A stretch of DNA of 60,145 nucleotides from Saprolegnia diclina VS20 (GCF_000281045.1 NW_008246069.1:502326-562470), one strand, 5' to 3'. Shown: positions 23,642 to 40,716, counted from the stretch's first letter. A program made the numbers and translations. Notes: a model not told the origin generated them from the letters alone.

Positions 23642-23921
23642 ATGGAGAAGAAAGCGCCGTCCGACTTCCTCAAGAGCGTCCTTGGCCGCCCCGTCGACGT
23701 CAAGCTCAACAACGGCGTCGAGTACAAGGGTATCTTGGCCTGCCTCGATGGCTTCATGAACATCGCCATGGAGCAGACCCAGGAGTACGTCAACGGCCAG
23801 CTCAAGGCGCAGTACGGCGACTGCTTCATCCGCGGCAACAACGGTACGTCGCTCGCCATTCGCACGCATATTGGCTCATGGCCGCTCTGCGCTAGTCTTG
23901 TACATCTCGGCGTCCAAGTAG
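23642..23921 (+). CDS. LSM6: U6 snRNA-associated Sm-like protein LSm6
   Basis: PSDFLKSVLGRPVDVKLNNGVEYKGILACLDGFMNIAMEQT...FIRGNN | VLYIS. One intron. Confidence 0.95.
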
Positions 23922-24578
23922 ACTCTATGAAACCTGCGCTGGTCAGAGCGACGCGGTCAAATCTCTCTATTTTAGCAATCCCACACCACCTCTCTCGACC
24001 CGTGGTCCTTCCTCTGGCCTTCTTTCGCTCAGCGCTGCTCAAGAAGCAACGCGTTGATGGCGTCTTGGCCGTCCAAAGTGGCCACGACGTTAGCCCAACA
24101 CGGACGAGATCAGAAGCTCCTAACGTTAGCAAATCCGTGCCTCCAGGCTACATCGCATGCTACTAAGACGTCGCTCGTCTCGGAGCTCTTGGATGCGTTT
24201 TCCGTGTCTCTGTGGTCGCCACGCGGGGCCAAAGGAGACTGCGTCATCGCCCAAGCAGCGCCATCTTCACGGCCACGGGCTACGTGCTTCTAGCATGCAC
24301 CGCGATGGCCTGTACGGCAATGCGCCAGCGCCTCTCAGCTACATCCTTTAGCACGGTGGCAAGTGCCATAAGCACCGCGAGGGCGCGGGCGTCCTTGGAG
24401 TGGGACTGCACATCGCCATCGAAGATCGCGGCCGCGTCGCGGCTGCCGTTTGCCGTCGAGATACCGGATACACCTGTCACAATCAATCTTAATTCCGGTT
24501 ACCCTCCAGAGTTCCGGATATCGGCCATCAAGAACCTGCAACATGTTATGCGAAGGTTTTCCCAGAAACCAAGTCGCG

Positions 24579-28132
<3,554 letters not shown>

Positions 28133-28379
28133 CTTTCAAACCACGTGATCCTCGAGCTGCCATCGCAAGCCGCGGACGGGTAGTATAAAACCCAAGGTCC
28201 ACGAGTCTTTCAACGCGTTTATCGAATGCGTATTTGTCATTTCGCGTCTCAGTAGCACACCAGCAGCTCGAGGTCACTAGGCCGTGAGGCCACTTGGTAG
28301 TGCAGTGGTGCCACGTACACCGTCGTAGCAGGGTCGTCACAAAGCGGAAGCGGCGCGTCGAAACGTTCAACGCGTTAAA

Positions 28380-28436
28380 AAGGCGTTTAAACACGGACAG
28401 AAGGTGTTTAAACACGGACAGAAGGTGTTTAAACAC
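28380..28436. repeat. 21-bp tandem repeat containing palindromic GTTTAAAC
   Basis: AAGG(C/T)GTTTAAACACGGACAG occurs twice, plus a partial third copy. Confidence 0.9.
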
Positions 28437-28485
28437 TTGGGCGGTTGGGATCTCGGTTTCTCGGAGGTTATTTGGCGATTGAACG

Positions 28486-28863
28486 ATGGCGCAGCAGGGG
28501 GCGACGCTGCAAAACTACAACAACGAGCTCGTCAAGTGCATCGAGGACCTCCGCGAGAAGCGCGAGGAAGTCAACCGCGCGATCCTCAAGGAGGAGGAGG
28601 AGAAGGCCAAGATCCAGAAGGTCCATCGTCCTGCGTCGTATCTGGAGCGTCATGCGACCTAGGATCTCACGGTGCTCACGGACCGTCTGAGCAAGATCAA
28701 CGAGACGCTCGCGCGCAAGACGCAGGCAAGGAACGAGTACGACCGGACGATCCAGGAGACGGAAGCGGCGTACATGAAGATCCTCGAGAGCTCGCAGACG
28801 CTCCTGCATGTGCTCAAGCGCGAGACGGTCCAGCTCACCAAGAAGAAGCAAACGTCGACGTAG
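28486..28863 (+). CDS. SSNA1: SSNA1/NA14/DIP13 microtubule and basal-body coiled-coil protein
   Basis: [28 protein letters not shown]...[23 protein letters not shown]. One intron. Confidence 0.95.
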
Positions 28864-28960
28864 GTCCTACACCAAGCCGAAAGAATGTCAACTTGCTCGA
28901 TGTTACGTAGCGAATAATAAAATAAGATCTACTGGCGACGCCAGTGGGGTGGGCATGTTC

Positions 28961-31280
28961 TCATCGAAGCCACGGGTGCAGCATGGCTTCGTTCGCACTC
29001 ATGCGCTTGTCCGGGTTCCGCACGAGGAGGCTCATGATGAGCTGCTTGGCGCCCGGCGACGTGGCGTCCCATACGTCGTCGCTGAACTGCACGACCACGT
29101 CGGTCGAGCCCTCGGCCGGGCCAAACATGGGCGCGTACCCGCTCAAGACGACGTACAAGACGACGCCGATGCTCCACATGTCGGCCTGCGTGCCGTAGCC
29201 CTTGCCGCCCATGACTTCCGGCGCCACGTAGTCGCGCGTGCCGCACTTGGTGTGGGCGCGGGCAAAGCGCTCACGGGGCCGAAAGCTGCTGCTGCTGTCG
29301 TCGTCTGTCGACGCAAAGATCGCGTGGTCGGGCACGACGGTCGCGGTGCGGGACGGGCCCTGCAGCCGCCGGGCAATGCCAAAGTCCGAGAGCTTGACGT
29401 GGCACACGTCGTCGTGGACGATGAGGATGTTTTCGGGCTTGATATCACGGTGCACAATGGCGTTTTCTAAAATATCAAGGTATCAGTTGATGCCGTATAT
29501 CGTGTGTCGATGCCGTACTGTGCAGATACGCCGTCGTCTGGATGAGCTTGCGCAAGAGGACCTTGGCTTGGGCCTCGGGCAGCGGGCCGTGCTCGTCGAT
29601 AAATTGAAACAATTCTTTTTCGCAAAACTCCATGACCAAGTAGAGCTGGTCCGGCGTCTCAAAGAGCTCGAGGAGCTTGACGATGCCCGGGTGGTGCAGC
29701 GACGACATGATCTCAATCTCGCGCGAGAGGAAGCGCGGCTCGTGCACTGCGAGCTTGTCAATGACCTTGACCGCGACTACACAACCTCCACTTAGTCATG
29801 ACTGATGGGACTCGGACGTACGTTTGGTCGACGGGTCGTGCCGGGGAAAGCACTCGGAGACTGTCGAGAAGGACCCGTGCCCGAGCTGCTTCCCGAGGTT
29901 GTACTTGCCGAAGAAATCGGTTTGGACAAGGATCGACCCTTCCAGCAGCGATGCATATGAGAAGGGCGTGTACATGGCGATCGCATTCTCATCGAACGTG
30001 TCCATTGCGTCCGAGAGGTCCGATGGCCGGAGGTCCGACGACGCGCGCGCCGTCGACCGCATCGAGTCAAAGACGCCGTCGAGCGACGGCCGGTTGCTTG
30101 CACTCGACGGACGCGACTTGGTCGGCGTCGGAAAGCACGGGCGCCGGCACGGGCTCTCGAGCGACGGCCGCGACCGCGAGTGCCGCGGCAGGTCCATGCT
30201 CAGCAAGGACGGCGACGTGTGCGTGCTCATCGTTGGCGAGGACGTGACCGTGCTCAGCGACCCGCGGGAGCTCGAGTAGCGCGAGCTCGATCCACGCGGC
30301 TTGGCCAGCGGCAAAAACACGTTCGAGTCGGACGTCGTTGGTGTCGTCGGCGCCTCGCGGCCCACCGGTGACTGCGACGGCATCGCGTTCCGACGCGGGT
30401 GGAGACTCATAAATATGTCGGGCGTGTCGTCAACGTCAGACTCCATTGGCTCAAACTCGAGGTTGGCAAAGTTGCGCGAGAGCATTTCCACGGGCGTGTT
30501 GGTCTGGGACGACGAGGCGGAAGAGGACGACGGTCGGGCGATGCCTGCAATCGGCATGCCCTGCGAGTATGGCGAGGCCTTGGCGTGCTTGGCGCGCGAC
30601 AAGCCTTCGTCGTCGTCGTCGTCCGAGATATCGTCCCGCATCTACATGGTCGATGAGATGCTGACCGGCCCACGCGAGGTATGGCGTACCCGCGACGTCA
30701 GTTCGGCGGGATCCGTCAGCATCATCAACAAGCGGCGGCGGTCTTCGGACGCGGTGCGCTCCTTGCGCTTAAGCGTACTTCGGTGGTCTTTCGAGGGCGT
30801 CTGGATCTGTTCCAGCTGTGGTCGGACCACGACCGCTGGCGTCACGCAGTTGGCCTGCTACAGCATCGCGCCATGAGCGTTCGTTCTCGTCGTGCGCAAA
30901 ATGCAATACCTCGAGCGCCTGTTGCATTTCTGTACACGGGCGATACAAGACGTGCCCGAGGTCTTGGACAGCGCCAATGTCGGCGATGCGCTTGTAGCGC
31001 GTGCCCGCCGAGGTATCGCCGGGCGCCTTGGTGACCTTGGCGAGGATCTGGCCGCGCGCCACGTACTGCAGCAAGCTACATCCATCGTGTCCATGAGCAC
31101 ATCAGCATCGGTCATGGCATACGTGTTGCCGAGCGCGTGGGCATGGTAGTGACGGATGACGTCGGCGGCCGTCGCCGTCGGCAGCAGGCTCAGTAGCACC
31201 GGCGCCTTGCGCTTCATTGGGTTGCGCGCCGCTTCCTTGTCGATGGACATGAAGAGCTCGACATGGACGCTCTTCGTCAT
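28961..31280 (-). CDS. CAMK-group Ser/Thr protein kinase with long N-terminal extension
   Basis: LGHGSFSTV, AVKVIDK, HRDIKPEN, DFG, CGTRDYVAPE and DMWSIG. Upstream exons join through GT-AG introns to MTKSVHVELF. Confidence 0.88.
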
Positions 31281-32660
31281 CGTCGCCGAAAAGAAGAAGA
31301 TGGCAGTCCGCTGCGAGAGAGAATGCTGCTCTCGCTGCGTCGCGCCGGGTTACTCACTCCAAGCGGCGCACTGGAGCTTCAGGCGGGCACGACTTCTCTC
31401 CCAACATCGACCGCATTTTTATTCCGTATACCTTGTTTTTGTATGCCACGCCCGTCGTGTTGGCAATAAAATGCGCGTTGGCGGCTGGTTTGACGGATTT
31501 TATTGCAAGCTGGGCGACGGAAGAAGAACGAGCGTTTGGACCATTCGAATACGGGTTTCCGCAGATCCGGCTGGCACGTGCATGCAGCGCGTCGGCAGCT
31601 GCCGCGTTCGACGCCGTTCGATATATTCCTTCCTACCAGACACGAGCTTGGTTGATGCTGTCAGCAGCGTCGGCGTTGTCGTCTCGCGGGTGGTGGCGCT
31701 TTTCCGAGCCGCCAGGTGCCCGCGACTTGACTTGGCTGCGAGCGCGTGACGGCGCATTGTATCGAACTCGGCGTTTCTCAACAATTGACACGCCGCCGTG
31801 CGTCATGCGTCGTCGCCGTGGTAGAGAGAAAGGACGGGCGATTCCGCTGGACGGATGCAGCCGCCCGTGATGGTACACTGGTCGTTCGATCGTTCGATGC
31901 TTGGCGCGTCGACCGACCCGAGACCGACGGTAGCATCAAACGAACGTTGTGGACGATGTAACACGAACCTAAACTATATACAAATCTAATATATATTCGA
32001 TCGTATAATCGTCCAGTCGAATCCAAAGAAATAACCCAGAACGACGCAACCTGTTGGCGTCGTCGATCACAAGCCGCCGAGCGGCCAAAGTGATTTCATG
32101 TGCACCGCAGCTCCCTGGGTATTACGACTTGGCATTACGCGATGATCGGTCCATGGCGCGAGGTGATCACCAACCACAAGTTGCAAAGACATGTGCTATT
32201 GGACCGCGAGTTCCGACCACGACCACCACGATTCCAAACATCCAAGTGCCTCTGTGTTCTTATTCAGATAGTAGCTGCCAATAATTCGACGCGCCGAGTA
32301 GCTAGCTATTCGGGACAAGCCACGGCTCAGCTTGCGGCTTGACTCAGCCATGGGTCAATAATAAAGACCCATGACTCAGCGTGCCGCTTCTCGACCATGG
32401 CCAACAGATGTAGTACGACGCCAGCGAAAAACAAGCGCATCGTGCCACGCCGTAGCCGCCCAGGAACGTTCGAATCTATTATAGCAAGGTCGGTAGCGCC
32501 ATGGCAGCAGTGACCAGTGCAGCACCCAGGTCCCATTGTCGACGCAGCATTCGGATCTGGCATTTGCCCGCTGCTCTTTCCTTCAAGTCGCGCGCCCATT
32601 GCTTGAAGTGCCTGTACCGGTCGCGGCCACCGTCCGTGAAAGATACGCACTCTATTTAGG

Positions 32661-32718
32661 CCAATCGCAGTGCTGTATCGTGTCGACCAATCACATTGCG
32701 GAATGATTACAGCCAATC
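32661..32718 (+). promoter_or_regulatory. Three CCAAT boxes upstream of the cyclophilin
   Basis: CCAATC starts at 32661, 32687 and 32713. Confidence 0.6.
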
Positions 32719-32881
32719 ACAGCGGGGCCGCCGTACTTTCGCCAGCCCTCCGACCAGCATGCTTGTGCACCAGACGCTCCGGCGCACGCTCCTCTCTGTA
32801 CGTAGCCTCGGTCGTAGAAACGTACCGGCATGATGGTGACGTCGCATGTAGGCGCCACGCCACCTCTCGACGAATGCCAAG

Positions 32882-33885
32882 ATGCCACCGCCGCTCGGTG
32901 AGCGCAGCTCGTCCTCGAGCCTCGGCAGCATCGGGCTCATCGGCGGTCTCTTTATGAGCGGGTACTTTATGGGGACGTACATTGGCGTCTTGCCGTCGTA
33001 CGAAGCGCTCAAGCAGCAGCTGGGCTTGGCCGAGCCCACGTCGGCCCCGTACACTGGCAAGGTACAGCGTTGCTTCCGCATTTGGCCACGATTTGTGATG
33101 CGCTGGTACTAGCTCGACGTCGAGTCCAAGGTCTTCTTTGACATTGGCATCAATGGCAAGCCATCGGGCACGATCGTGTTTGGCCTCTACGACAAGGTGC
33201 AGCCCAAGACGGTCGCCAACTTTGTGGCGCTCTGCACCGGCGACCGCTCTGTGAACGGCACGGCGCTGACGTACCGCAACAGCCGCTTCCACCGCATCAT
33301 CCCCAACTTCATGTTGCTCTGCGTCTTTTTCGAGGTTGATGCTACTGGATACATAGGATTCAAGGCGGCGACTTCACCAACGGCAACGGCACGGGCGGCC
33401 TCTCGATCTACGGCGACCGCTTCGCGGACGAAGACCTCTCGGTGCCGCACGCGGGTGCCGGCACGCTCTCGATGGCCAACGCGGGGCCCAACACGAACGG
33501 GTCGCAGTTCTTCATTTGCACGGCGCCGACACCGTGGCTGGACGGGAAGCACACGGTCTTTGGGCGCGTACTCGAGGGCATGGACCTTGTCGAGAAGATC
33601 GAGGCGCTCGGCACGCGCGGTGGGCAGCCCAAGGCCGAGGTCCGCATCCTCAACTGCGGCCTCGTCGAGACGGCGCATGACCAAGCTGCTGCCACGACGA
33701 CGCCGACCGTGCCCGAGGACGTGGCGATGACCGAGCGGCTCGAAGATCTGCGCGAGATCGAGGCCCAGCTCCGCGCCAACAAGGCGACGATCGACGAAAG
33801 CATGTACACAAACATGCTCCACGACATTACGGCCGAAAAGTTGCGTGTCAAGAAGGTGCTCAAGGAACTCAAGCAGCGCAAGTAA
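32882..33885 (+). CDS. Cyclophilin-type PPIase with N-terminal hydrophobic anchor and C-terminal helical tail
   Basis: [31 protein letters not shown] and [10 protein letters not shown]. Two introns. Confidence 0.95.
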
Positions 33886-34134
33886 ACGAGTTGGCTACAA
33901 ACACACAAGACGATTTTGACCATTTTCAAACACCCTCTTGCCCGGTCGGCAAGGGTGCGTCGGTGTGCCCAGGACGGCGATGTACTGGTCGGGCACCGTG
34001 GGGTAGGGGAACGACGCCAGATCCGACGCTAAGCTTGTTCCACGAGCAATAGACAGTAGGGTAGAGGAGGTAGATGCTATATACGGAGTCGTCGAGATGG
34101 TTAATGTGGTCATGCGGGATAGGGCTAGTAAGGA

Positions 34135-35338
34135 CTACACATCGACGAGCGGGTGCAATGGCTTGAGCGACGATCGATTGGTGTCGTCCATGCCCGGGCG
34201 CGCGGGCGACGTGGCGACCGACGCCGGGTTGTGGAGGTTGGTGAGGAGGAGGCTTCCGTTGCTGCCGCGGCGCGAGTAGAGGTCGTTGCCGTTGATGATG
34301 GCCGAGTACGTCTCGTCGGCATAGTTGCTCGTCGCAGGGGCGAGCGGCGCCGAGTCGGCGCGGGTCGCGGACCGCGCGAGGTTGCTCGACGACGGGTGGA
34401 ACTGGTGCATCTCGGACGACCGGCGCTTGTTGGTTTGGTAGTTTTCGCGGTAAAACTCTTCGTCCTCTTCGACGTTCTCGTGGCGCTCGATGCGCTCGCG
34501 GTTGGAGCGCCAGAGGCAGCAGAGTGTGCAGAGCACGCCGAGGATAAGGACGCCAGAGCCAATGATGAGGCCAATCTGCCACGTTTGAAGCGCTAGAGCC
34601 AAGTTATACAAGGCCGGCCCAGTAAGATGTGGACGTACACGAGCCGTTCGAGTCGGGAGACGGCGAGCTGGAACCTGGAGGAGTCGTCGTGGGTGTAGTG
34701 GTAGGCGCCAAGGTGGGAGGAGCAGAGGTGGGAGTGGCAGAGGGAGAAGGAGTAGGTCCATCAGTCGACACGACGGGTGTAGTGGCTGGGGACGTTGTAC
34801 CTGGGGACGTACTCGTAGTGGGGCTCGCCGTGGACGGCGTCGGCTTGGGCGACTCGGTGGTCGGCGACGGCGTGGGGGCCGGCGTCACGGTCGTTGGCGC
34901 CGGTGTTTTCGTGCTCGTCCTGCAGCCTAAAAGCGTATCTCGTTAGGAATGGGTCAGGTGGCCTGCGTGCGAGTTACGGCAGTCGGTGAGCCCCGATTCG
35001 CAGCCCCCGGATGCTTGCGGCTCCAAGGCCAATACACCAAGCACGTTGCCGGGTGTGTCGGTTGTGAACTTGAAGCAGTAGACATTCGGGTTGTTTTGCT
35101 TGCAGTCGCAGCCAGAGGCGCTGGCCTGGCACATGCAGAGCTTGGCCTTGCCGTCAGTGGTGAACCCGGCCCAGGACGACTCGCTGTACGTGCAGATGGA
35201 CGGGCACGTGCTGTCTATCGTCATCATGCGCACTCAGCCCCCGTCGCCATCGATGGAGATGCATGTACCAGCGGCACTCAGCGGGGCTGCATACGCAAGG
35301 ACGAGGCTCCATGCGAGAAGCAGTATCGGCGGTGCCAT
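34135..35338 (-). CDS. Type I membrane mucin-like protein (signal peptide, Cys-rich domain, Pro/Thr/Ser stalk, TM, cytoplasmic tail)
   Basis: MAPPILLLAWSLVLAYAAP signal, a Cys-rich ectodomain, TPAPTPSPTT stalk and IGLIIGSGVLILGVLCTLCCLW TM. Three introns. Confidence 0.82.
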
Positions 35339-36090
35339 GAGGCTACTGCTCGGACTGGCGCAAAGCTGTGTAACAAGCTGCTGGCGACCGATGTTCGAAT
35401 CGGCGTCGTCGCATTTTATATTAAAATAGCGCCCGCTCGGCCACGCATATACAAACTTGAAGTGCAAATCTCCACGCACCCAACTTCTGGGGCAAGGCCG
35501 TGACCAACGGTGCAAATTTTCACCCGCGCCTCGGCGCTGCTGGCGACTTGGTCGAGACGACTGGAACTCTCATTATAACACGGCCGCTTCAGCATGTCCA
35601 GGTAGAGCGAGAGCCTCTGAAAGGCGTGAGAAGAGCGACCGCCAGAGAAACGCATGCCAGCGCAGAGGCGCCGCTCAGGCTACTGCGTTGGAATACTACC
35701 GGCGTTGGCTGGAATTGCCACAAGTGAGCTGCGTGCACCGCGACCGCCCACATTCCTACTTGATTCCAGTGCCTGTAGACGAATACCGAAGTTCGAAGCC
35801 CAGGATCTTGTTGCTCGGTTCTCGGTGGAGGAAGGGGCACGACAAACGAGGCGAGACGAGTGCGGCAAGCTCAAGGCACGCAATCGCAAGGGTTTGCATT
35901 TCGGTCGGAATCCAGTACAGTGTACGAAGGGAGGCGATGGGCGAGGCGACGAGGCTCGGCTTCTATTTGCGGCGGTCACATCGAAGTTCGAAGTGGCACG
36001 AACATGATAGGGCTCGCGAAGCGACGTGTGACACGCCCAGATGGTGTACTCGTCTACGGGAATTCCATATCAACTGTCCGAAGGGGCGCG

Positions 36091-38952
36091 ATGCTCGCGG
36101 CGCCACGAAGAGCGCGCACGCCATTCGAGCTCGAGGCGCTGCACCCCGCGTGTGGACCGGTTCGCGGCGGTACCGAGCTCGTCATTTCAGGCGCGCATTT
36201 CAACGGCACCTTTGACATCCCACGCCGCGTCTCGGATGTCCACCTGCGCTCGCCGCTGCACGAGACCGACGCCAAAGTGCGCTTCCAGCTCGGCGATAAG
36301 ATCTTGACCCAAGTCAAAGCCAAGCTTCTCTCATCCAAGAAGCTACTGTGCACGACACCACGATTCAACGAGCCAGTCCGCAGCACCAACCATGCAAACT
36401 GGTAACAGCACCATGATGATCCTCATGGCTTTTTGCCAGCGTACGACGATCGTAGGGGAAGTGTGACGATCTGTGTGAGCCTTGAAGACAGCACGTTTGT
36501 CCCGTGCCGTCAGCGCTACCAATATTACCTACCTACCTATATCTGTGACCTCGATCCACCGACAATCCCAGAGCCAGATCGTGTCAGGCTCACACTGCGT
36601 GCGCACCTCAGCGTCGGGGAGACGCCCCAGACACCAATGACGGACGTCGAGACCTTGCTGCAGCGGCGCCTCGCGTCGCTGCTGTCACCGTCCGTACAGA
36701 TTCAACGGCGCGTCGACCAACACACATGGCGCGTCATGGGCAGCGTTGACACCACGGATATGATGCAACTCGCCGTCGAGTTCCCGGAAGACGCTGGTGT
36801 CGGGCAATATACGATAGCGTTTGCTTGGAACGGCGTCGACTTTGACGTGCCATCGCCGGTGCCATCGAGCTCCGAGTGGGCCGACTGGGGCCTGCACAAC
36901 CAGTTTGAGATTTTTCGGCCGCCGTCGTTGCGCAGTGTGCGGCCGCACGCATGCTTCTACCTCGAAGGCCAAACACTTCACCTCGACTTTGACGCGTGGC
37001 AAGCGCCAGGCGTTCGCCCAGCCTCCCACGCAATCGTTCGGTTTGAGCGCGAGTGCAAGACGTCGAGTCACTGCGAGGACTACAAGGTGTCGTTGGATGA
37101 GACGACGACCGTGTCCGATTCCTCACCGACTAGGTACTCGTGCCCATGGCCGATGGCGAATTGAGGTCCATAGCGGTCACGACGCCTTGGTTCCACGAAG
37201 CTGGCTTGTACGACATTGCTGTTTCCGTCAATGGCGGAGTGCACTTTACGCGCTGTCCGATCCAGCGACTGCTCGTGTACCATAAGCCGCTCTGCGAGTT
37301 TGTTTCGCCCGAGTATGGCATCTCGCGTGGCAACACGGAGCTGAGTCTTCGCATCGCGGTGCGTGCGACGTCACTTCTAGTCCTACTCAGATCCTATCCA
37401 TCTAGTTTGCCCACCCACGCGTCCATGAAGACCACCCGCTGGTGCCGCTCGAAGATGCCAATGTTGAAGCCTGCGCGCCGACGCTATATGTGCGCTTCAC
37501 CCTCGATGTCTCGGGCGCGGTCTTGGCGACCGTGCCGGCCACGCTCAGCAGCTGCCACCGATTCGTGCAGTGCCGAAGCCCGAAAAACACAGACATCGAG
37601 TCCTTCCAGTAAGCACGTTTCTGCAACGGTCTATAGACCCAACGTGGCTAGGTATTCGCAAGTTGAAGCCGTGGCCTTGTCGCTGAGTTTCGACGATGTG
37701 CACTACTTTGCTCTCGCACCAAAAAAGCCGTTCCGGTACTATGCACCGCCGCGGTTGCGGGCCTTCTCGACGACGCATGGTGTACCCACGTGTTGCATCT
37801 CAGAGGTAACGCGTGAAACGATAGGGCCCTACTCGGGGGGCACGCCGCTCATTATCGACTTGTGGCATCCGCTGCCCGACTGCATTTCGTCTCGGGTTCG
37901 ATTTCGGTGCCTGAAGACGCTGGTCGTGCGGGACGCCGCCGCGAGCACGCACAAAGCGCAGCCATCCAGTCTTGTGTGCGTCGTGCCGCCGTGGCCGCGG
38001 TCCGACGACGGCGATACGAATGATGTGGGTGATGGCGAACCGTACAAGCTCGTGCTTGTTGAAGTACGTGGATAATGCCATAGACGCGTAGACCAATAAG
38101 TGTAGGTGACACTGAACGGCGTCGACTTCCACACGGATACCATGCAGCTCGTCGCCAACCCGAACGCGTTCTTTCGAGGGCTCAGCTCGTGCTTTCTGTA
38201 CTACCGCCCGCCGCGCATCTTCTTCGTCTCGCCAGCGTATGTGCCGACAACGGGGACCATTCCTGTCGTTGTGCACGGCGACGACTTGAACGATTATGGC
38301 GGCACCATCCAAGTCGCCTTCTCCAACGGCGCGTCGACGCGCTACGTACCGGGGCGCACGGATGGCCCGGGGGTTGTCTGCACTGCGCCGCCGTTCGCTG
38401 CTGGTCAAACCAAAAACGCGAGTGATGGGCCCAAGTAGTGACGACTGCGTAGGTGTCTGCAATGTGGCCGTGGCACTGAATGGCCAGCAGTTTACGGGCG
38501 ACTGGAACGGCCGAGGCGACTGCACGACGACGTCCGCATCTAGCGTGAGACAGACTTGCTCATGTGGTGCTGTAGAGATCTCGATTCGCAAGTGCGGTTT
38601 TTTGACGTGCCAATGTTTTCGGCCCTGGCCCCTGCAAGAGGGCCGCTCAAGGGGGGTACCCTGATGCAGATCTTCGGCACGGGCTTCGTCGAAACAGGCG
38701 CGCTCGAAGTGCGCTTCTCTGCATCCGACATTGAGTATGAAGAAATCGTTCCAGGTCTTGTGACCGAGTAGGCCCCAACTTTGGAGAGGACCCCATCCCT
38801 AACGCATGCTGCCTAGCGGAGTGCTTCGGTGTACGACGCCCCGCTGCCCCATCGAGTACACTGTCGATATTGCGTGGTCCTTCTCCGACCGCGTCTTCCT
38901 TGAGCCTGACCAAAAACATCGGCGGGCGACATTCACCTACGCGGCCAAATAG
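36091..38952 (+). CDS. Multi-IPT/TIG domain protein (true start may be upstream, near 35594)
   Basis: Repeated IPT starts (LHPACGPVRGGTELVISG, VSPEYGISRGNT, GPYSGGT, VSPAYVPTTG, LAPARGPLKGGT) and VSVNG/VTLNG/VALNG strands. Confidence 0.8.
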
Positions 38953-39073
38953 CTTGGCTCATACTGCGACACTATGGTTCTTGTGTTCACAAGTGATCTA
39001 GTCGAATAGCATGCATGGACGTTGTCTACCAATTCCAGCAGCGAGTGTTGTCAAAAGATGGTATTTTCACCCC

Positions 39074-40716
39074 ATGAAACCACCTTTCTTGTCACAACCA
39101 ACGGCGTGGATTCAGCCGACGAGTCGGCCGTATCTTGGCAAGGGGCGCATGCAGGCGCCGGCGAAGCGGGTCTCTGTTGTGCATGCAGAGAAGACGGCCA
39201 TCGTCAGCTTTGCCCAGCGAGATGGCAACGAGCCGCGCAACTCGTGGCTCGACAGCATGTTCATCGTCGTCGCCAATGTCGTCGGCGTCGGTGTGCTCGG
39301 CCTCGCGCACGCGTTTGCCATGCTCGGCTGGCTGTACATCGCGCTCCTCCGTTCTGCGGTTCTGAATGCGCCTGATTAGATGGGGCATTCTTGCTCTCGC
39401 CATCACGCTCGGCGGTTCGCTCTACAGCGGCCTTCTCATGACGCGCATGAAGGGCCGCGTCCCGACCGCCTTGGTCTACGCCGACTTGGGCCACGCCGGT
39501 GCGACGGCCTTGCCACGATCTTCGCATGCAACTGCGCGTCGTTGTAGCGTACGGGAACCTCGGGCACGCGTTCATCACGCTCTTTGGGTACACGTACATG
39601 ACGGGCATCTGTGTACGCGATGACCTCTTGGCCGTTGCTCATGACGCCAGTAGCTCTCGTACCAGCTCACGGCGTCGCTCTTTTTAAAAGAGCTGACGAA
39701 CGGCGTGTGCTTTGTGTCGTGCGCCACCATGGTCGCCGCCTTTGTCTTGCCGCTCGCGCAGTACCGCAACTTCACCGAAATGACGTCCATGGCCGTCGTC
39801 GGCGCCGTCTCGATCGTCGTGCCCGTCCTTCTCATTATCGGTATGTCGCTGCCTGCAGGATCGAATCCTGGACCTCGTTGTAGTGGAAGTGGCGTGGCAT
39901 GGGCGGTTCCAGGCGGTCGAAACCGAGTGGGTGCCGTCCACGACGGACTTTCAAGCGGCGACGGTCGCCTGCATGGACGTCATCTTTGCCATGTACTAGC
40001 TTCAGAAACGCGAGCAACGGTCATTCGTATTGTGCGATTGTAGGGCAGGCCACGTCTTTTTCGTTGAAATCATGTCCGAGATGACGGACCCGTCGTCGTT
40101 TCGCCACTCGCTCTACTGCGCCACGTCCTTCTTGAGCTGGGTTTACTTTACGATTGCGATCGTGGGCTACTACTGCGTTGGCACGTCCGTGCTCAACCCC
40201 ATCACGCAAAACCTCGCCAGCGTCCTTGTCCGGCGGTACACAACCCATCTTGTTCCATTTCACTCACTAGCACTTGGGGTTAGGTGGTGCAGTGCGTTTG
40301 TGTTGAGCCACATCATTGTCGCGTACGTCATGGCCGTCATGGTTCTGGCCCGCAATATGGAGTCCGTGCTCTGCCTCGCGCCGCACGAAGACAGCGCGCA
40401 TGCAACGTTGAGTCAGCGCCTCTCCTGGCTTGCATTGACGTCCAGCATCGTCTGCCTCGGCTTTCTCGTGTCAAATGTCCTCCCGTTCGTCAACGACCTC
40501 CTCGGCTTTGTTGGCGCCATGAGCGGCGTCACGACCACCTTCGTGTTCCCGTTCCTTCTCGCGCCCGTGCTTTTGTACGACGAGCTCTCGAAACGCCATC
40601 GCATCGCGCTCTACGCGGTCGCGCTCGGTAGCTCCGCCATTGCCGTCCTCGGGGTTGTCTGTGCGGTCCAGCGCATGTCCAACTCGTACGAGACCCGCCG
40701 TCCGTTCTCGTGCTAG
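39074..40716 (+). CDS. Amino acid/auxin permease (AAAP) family transporter (alternative start 39149)
   Basis: NVVGVGVLGLAHAFAMLGW, FVEIMSEMTDP, LPFVNDLLGFVGA and multiple TMs. Confidence 0.9.

Noticed and set aside
23960..24470. Possible small minus-strand gene between LSM6 and FAN
   Set aside because: Frames contain stops and there is no recognisable motif.
28380..28436. CRISPR-like look of the palindromic repeats
   Set aside because: The intervening sequence is identical rather than unique spacers, there are no cas genes, and the DNA is eukaryotic.
31300..32650. Long intergenic stretch with short ORFs
   Set aside because: No supportable coding, RNA-gene or repeat signal. The same applies to 8700-9060, 14100-14780 and 40740-41200.
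35594..36090. Possible extra exons or a separate small gene upstream of the IPT/TIG gene
   Set aside because: Splice-like signals exist, but no single consistent frame could be fixed.
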